From: an uncultured Candidatus Sericytochromatia bacterium
GTDB taxonomy: Bacteria > Cyanobacteriota > Sericytochromatia > UBA7694
Direction: 5' to 3'
NCBI GenBank assembly: GCA_964598905.1
Contig: CAZRFI010000004.1
Coordinates: 1 to 44,315 of the forward strand
DNA: 44,315 bases
Shown here in pieces: positions 41,407 to 44,315 of the stretch (position 1 is the first letter of the stretch; every line of letters starts with the position of its first letter). The position numbers and the translations under genes were made by a program. Under the pieces are notes generated by a model that worked only from the letters and a program-made list of their open reading frames with translations, was not told the DNA's origin and searched no databases.

Positions 41407-42306
41407 TTAGAGCAAGTCTTCGAGATCAGAGACCAGTTCGCGTTGGGCCAAATTGAAGTATTTGCTCCAATTTCCCTCGTCGAGGTTGGCATGGAAGGCC
41501 TGAACTGTCTCTTTGGAAAAATGTTTGAGTTTTGTGGGATCTGTTTCTGCATAGCCTTCGGTGCCCGTCTGGTAATAGTCCACGGCTTTGAGAAAGTCTT
41601 TGAGGTCTTTGTCGGGCATTTTGCGGGCAATCATACCCACTGCTTTGTCTAAATCACCCGTATAACGCGGTGCTGCTTTAATCTGATCGGATAGGCCCTT
41701 TAAGGTTTCGACACCTTTGCCTGTGATTAAAAGCTTGCGCACAAAGGCGCCTTTTTCAGCGGCGTTGCTGAGACCCGTTGCGCCTTTGGCCTCTAAAGCG
41801 GCAATCACAGCTTTGTGTTGGCCCGGTGGGCGGGCATTTTGCAAATTGGAGATCAGATCGACAACATCTGCGGCTTTGAGCTGGGAGAGTTTGTTGAAAT
41901 CAAAGGGAAAGACCCCCGCTTCTTTGATAAATCCCTCTTGGCGCAGATAGGCCAGACTCGCATTGGCGCCTGCTTTTTTGAGCAAATTGGCAAATTCAGC
42001 CCGGTCAGCCGGAGCGGTTGAGTGGGCGTATTGGCGCAAAAGGGCCCCCGCCTCTTCGCTTTTTCCGGCCTGTTTCAAGGCCTCAAAACGGGCTTCGGGA
42101 GTCGCTTGTGAGCGATCTGTTGTCGGCAACGTTAGCGAGCTTGCACTGGAGCCTGCTGGCAAATGGCGAAATTGTACCTGTTCTTGGGGCGGGCTTGGCG
42201 CTGGGGCCGAAGGGGGGACGGACATTGGGGGCGGTGGCGCAGGCGCTTGCACACGGCTTGCTGCGGGTGCCGCTGTTGGTTGAGTCTGTTTAATGCCATC
42301 TAACAT
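41407..42306 (-). CDS. Hypothetical 299-aa protein with a Pro-rich N-terminus
   Basis: Clean ORF convergent with the giant gene. The N-terminal ~60 aa are P/A/S-rich and the remainder looks helical. No family recognised. Confidence 0.65.
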   Translation of the reverse strand: MLDGIKQTQPTAAPAASRVQAPAPPPPMSVPPSAPAPSPPQEQVQFRHLPAGSSASSLTLPTTDRSQATPEARFEALKQAGKSEEAGALLRQYAHSTAPADRAEFANLLKKAGANASLAYLRQEGFIKEAGVFPFDFNKLSQLKAADVVDLISNLQNARPPGQHKAVIAALEAKGATGLSNAAEKGAFVRKLLITGKGVETLKGLSDQIKAAPRYTGDLDKAVGMIARKMPDKDLKDFLKAVDYYQTGTEGYAETDPTKLKHFSKETVQAFHANLDEGNWSKYFNLAQRELVSDLEDLL

Positions 42307-42465
42307 CTGTTTTACCCAGGATCCCCATGAAAGATTGATTTTTGTCCACCACTTCCCTTATTATACCCTGCAATAGGCTGGAGCTTGCTGCTGAATTGCT
42401 CTGCCAAGTAAACCTAGATTTGCCGGGCCTTTTGGGGCTGGGTGTTTGAGCAAAGGAAATGTGCC

Positions 42466-42714
42466 ATGGATTGTTTGCCCACTTCGCATGAATGGTCTGC
42501 CCGCACCCGCTGGGAGTTTGTCAAAGAGCACCTTGAAGCTCTGCGTTGGCATCTGGAAGCCTTGGAGCAGGCCCAGCAAAAAGGCGCATCTGCGCTCAGT
42601 GCTGAGCGCATCCATTTGCAAGAACTCTGCCAGCGGGGGGTGGAAGCCCACTCCCTGCTGGAAAGTCTGGCACTTTTGCCTGTGGAGACCTTAGACCGTT
42701 TGGCGGAAAGCTGA
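42466..42714 (+). CDS. Small (82-aa) helical or coiled-coil protein candidate
   Basis: ATG at 42466 with AAGGAA upstream. Sequence EWSARTRWEFVKEHLEALRWHLEALEQAQQKG... Competing antisense ORFs exist in this GC-rich stretch. Confidence 0.4.
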   Translation: MDCLPTSHEWSARTRWEFVKEHLEALRWHLEALEQAQQKGASALSAERIHLQELCQRGVEAHSLLESLALLPVETLDRLAES

Positions 42715-42729
42715 ATTTGTCTTTCGGGG

Positions 42730-43359
42730 CTATTTCTTGAGGCCAAACATGCGCAACAGTTTGTCGAAGAAACCCTCTTTTTTGGCCGGACGCGGCGTGG
42801 GCTTCGGTTCTGCCTTGGTTTCTACTTTGGGTTCCGGCTGTGTTTCTCGGGTGGTTTCTGCGACAAACGAAGGCAGAGAGACCAAATCCGGTTTGCTGGC
42901 AACCACAGGTTCTGGCTCGGGCGCATAAACAGGTTCTGGCTCGGGCGCATAAACAGGTTCTGGCTCGGGCACATAAACAGGTTCTGGCTCGGGCACATAA
43001 ACAGGTTCTGGCTCGGGCACATAAACAGGTTCTGGCTCGGGCGCATAAACAGGTTCTGGCTCGGGTACATAAACAGGCTCGGGTGTTGCCACCGGAACCT
43101 CTGGGGTGACGGGAGCTGCCGCGTCTTGTTTTGCGAGTTCTAAGACGGTTCCACAGGCATGGCACTCTGTCACCAGGACAGACTTTATTTCTGCGTTACA
43201 GGCTGGGCAATTGTAGGTTTTATCCCCTTTGAGATCCACCGCGGACCACACTTGTGTGGGCTGGGCATTGAGATCCCCGCCGCACATCATACAGACGGGC
43301 ATCACTTCAAAGCCGGGAGGTACGGGGTTATTACAATGGGGACACACTTTTTCTGCCAT
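42730..43359 (-). CDS. Double zinc-ribbon protein with a PEPEPVY(A/V) x7 repeat linker and a C-terminal amphipathic helix
   Basis: ATG at 43359 (MAEKVCPHCNN...). Cys pairs: CPHC...CMMC and CPAC...CHAC. Seven PEPEPVY[AV] units. The C-terminus KKEGFFDKLLRMFGLKK resembles MinD/FtsA-type membrane-targeting helices. Confidence 0.8.
   Translation of the reverse strand: MAEKVCPHCNNPVPPGFEVMPVCMMCGGDLNAQPTQVWSAVDLKGDKTYNCPACNAEIKSVLVTECHACGTVLELAKQDAAAPVTPEVPVATPEPVYVPEPEPVYAPEPEPVYVPEPEPVYVPEPEPVYVPEPEPVYAPEPEPVYAPEPEPVVASKPDLVSLPSFVAETTRETQPEPKVETKAEPKPTPRPAKKEGFFDKLLRMFGLKK
42907..43074. repeat. 24-bp tandem repeat x7 (AGGTTCTGGCTCGGGCRCATAAAC), coding
   Basis: Read directly. Units differ only at 1-2 positions (gcgc, gcac or gtac). 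A partial eighth unit follows. Confidence 0.95.
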
Positions 43360-43470
43360 GAAATATCTACCTTTAGAATTGCAATATTCGTGAATTGTAT
43401 CACTTTTCAGATCCAGGCAAAATAACATGGGTTAAAATGCCTATAAACAAATTGTCTTTGGAGAAAAACA

Positions 43471-44187
43471 ATGACTGATAAGCGAATTGCTGTGGTAACG
43501 GGTGGCAATCGGGGGATTGGCTTGGAAATTTGCCGACAATTGGCCCGTCGGGAAGATGTGCACGTGGTTCTCACCAGTCGGGATATCGCCAAAGGCCAAG
43601 CCGCTGTGCAGCAATTGGCGGCAGAAGGCTTGGAAGTCAGCCTGTTTCAATTGGAGGCCACCTCCGCTTCAGATATTGCAGCCTTGGCCCAATGGTTGGA
43701 GCAGACCTATGGCCGGGTTGATATTTTGGTCAATAACGCGGGTGTGCTGCTCGATCAGCAACGCGGTCAGGGCAGTGTCTTTTCCGCAGAAATCGACACC
43801 CTTAAAGAGACCATGGACAACAATGTCTATGGCCCGCTGCTGCTTTGCCAAGCTCTGGTGCCACTCATGAAAAAAAATGGCTATGGCCGGATTGTGAATG
43901 TCTCCAGCGGCATGGGCCAGCTCGGTGATATGGGGGGCGGTTATACGGCCTATCGCTTTTCCAAGGTCTCACTCAATGCCTTGACCCGGATTTTGGCCGC
44001 AGAATTGCACGAGAGCCCCATTCTCGTCAACAGCATGTGCCCCGGTTGGGTCAAGACAGATATGGGGGGCCCCAGCGCCAATCGCTCGGTTGAACAGGGA
44101 GCAGACACCGCTGCCTGGCTGGCCTGCTTGCCCAATGATGGCCCGAGTGGAATGTTTTTTCGGGACCGCAGTCCCATTTCTTGGTAG
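43471..44187 (+). CDS. Short-chain dehydrogenase/reductase (carbonyl-reductase-like SDR)
   Basis: 'VVTGGNRGIGLEI' (TGxxxGxG), 'NNAGV', 'VSSGMG', 'YRFSKVSLNAL' (YxxxK), 'PGWVKTDM'. Confidence 0.9.
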   Translation: MTDKRIAVVTGGNRGIGLEICRQLARREDVHVVLTSRDIAKGQAAVQQLAAEGLEVSLFQLEATSASDIAALAQWLEQTYGRVDILVNNAGVLLDQQRGQGSVFSAEIDTLKETMDNNVYGPLLLCQALVPLMKKNGYGRIVNVSSGMGQLGDMGGGYTAYRFSKVSLNALTRILAAELHESPILVNSMCPGWVKTDMGGPSANRSVEQGADTAAWLACLPNDGPSGMFFRDRSPISW

Positions 44188-44220
44188 CTCGCTGAGCGGA
44201 GTCGAAGGCAGGAGTCGAAG
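44187..44220 (+). repeat. Short dispersed element, copy C (GCTCGCTGAGCGGAGTCGAAGGCAG followed by a second GGAGTCGAAG), intergenic
   Basis: 23 of 25 nt identical to the core of copy A. It starts at the last base of the SDR stop codon. Confidence 0.7.
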
Positions 44221-44315
44221 CCAGCTTTGTTTGAGAACTAAATCCTGTTAGCTTCGCCTCCGGCTGTCTTGCCCCGTAGGGCTCGTTTCTCGCCGACGGT
44301 TCAAGCTCCTTCGGC

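Noticed and set aside
42907-43074. CRISPR-like regular repeats.
   Set aside because: The 24-bp units are directly tandem with no spacers and lie in frame within a CDS (PEPEPVY repeats). No cas genes are present.
42596-43165. ORFs 42596..43165 (-), 42822..43070 (-) and 42840..43109 (+), which encode ARTCLC- or SQNLFM-type repeats.
   Set aside because: These are alternative-frame readings of the same 24-bp tandem repeat. The frame with zinc ribbons, a proper ATG and a plausible C-terminus (42730..43359) explains the region.

Overview
This is a bacterial window. I found no rRNA, tRNA, CRISPR array or recognisable transposase or integrase. The layout has three parts.

(1) 119-8806 (-) is one giant ORF of about 2,900 aa. 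It is GC-rich and low-complexity.

(2) About 8.8-27.0 kb is a visibly AT-rich island. Spot counts on single 60-nt lines gave about 32-47% GC inside the island and about 47-68% in the flanks; no full computation was done. The island carries:
- unrecognisable cytoplasmic proteins;
- a 12-TM membrane protein;
- an FGE-sulfatase-domain lipoprotein;
- a family of large Ig-like surface lipoproteins;
- CARDB-like small lipoproteins;
- a BrnT/BrnA-like toxin-antitoxin pair.
It also contains a perfect 1,610-bp direct repeat (10340-11949 and 20655-22264) that duplicates a 534-536-aa gene of unknown function.

(3) 27.0-44.3 kb holds ordinary genes (Uma2 nuclease, DUF2132, TatD, VOC, GNAT, M20 amidohydrolase, SDR). 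Mixed in are eukaryote-like genes (LIM + DA1-like peptidase, a C2H2 mini-protein), a second giant ORF (34222-41346 +, about 2,375 aa) preceded by a small TPR/acidic protein, and a zinc-ribbon protein with a 24-bp x7 coding tandem repeat.

Most notable sequence-level observations:
- In one surface-lipoprotein paralog, the 44-bp segment that should encode the lipoprotein signal peptide lies inverted between perfect 11-bp inverted repeats (26598-26663). The same gene is also split by a frameshift.
- The exact 1.6-kb duplication brackets an 8.7-kb cassette.
- A 25-36-nt dispersed element sits in frame in both giant ORFs.
- The 2,901-aa protein contains a G-x11-D-x-D nucleotidyltransferase-type motif.
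- The 2,382-aa protein contains a very long 15-residue repeat array and a duplicated hydrophobic module.

Functional calls rest on motif recognition by eye. No database search was possible.
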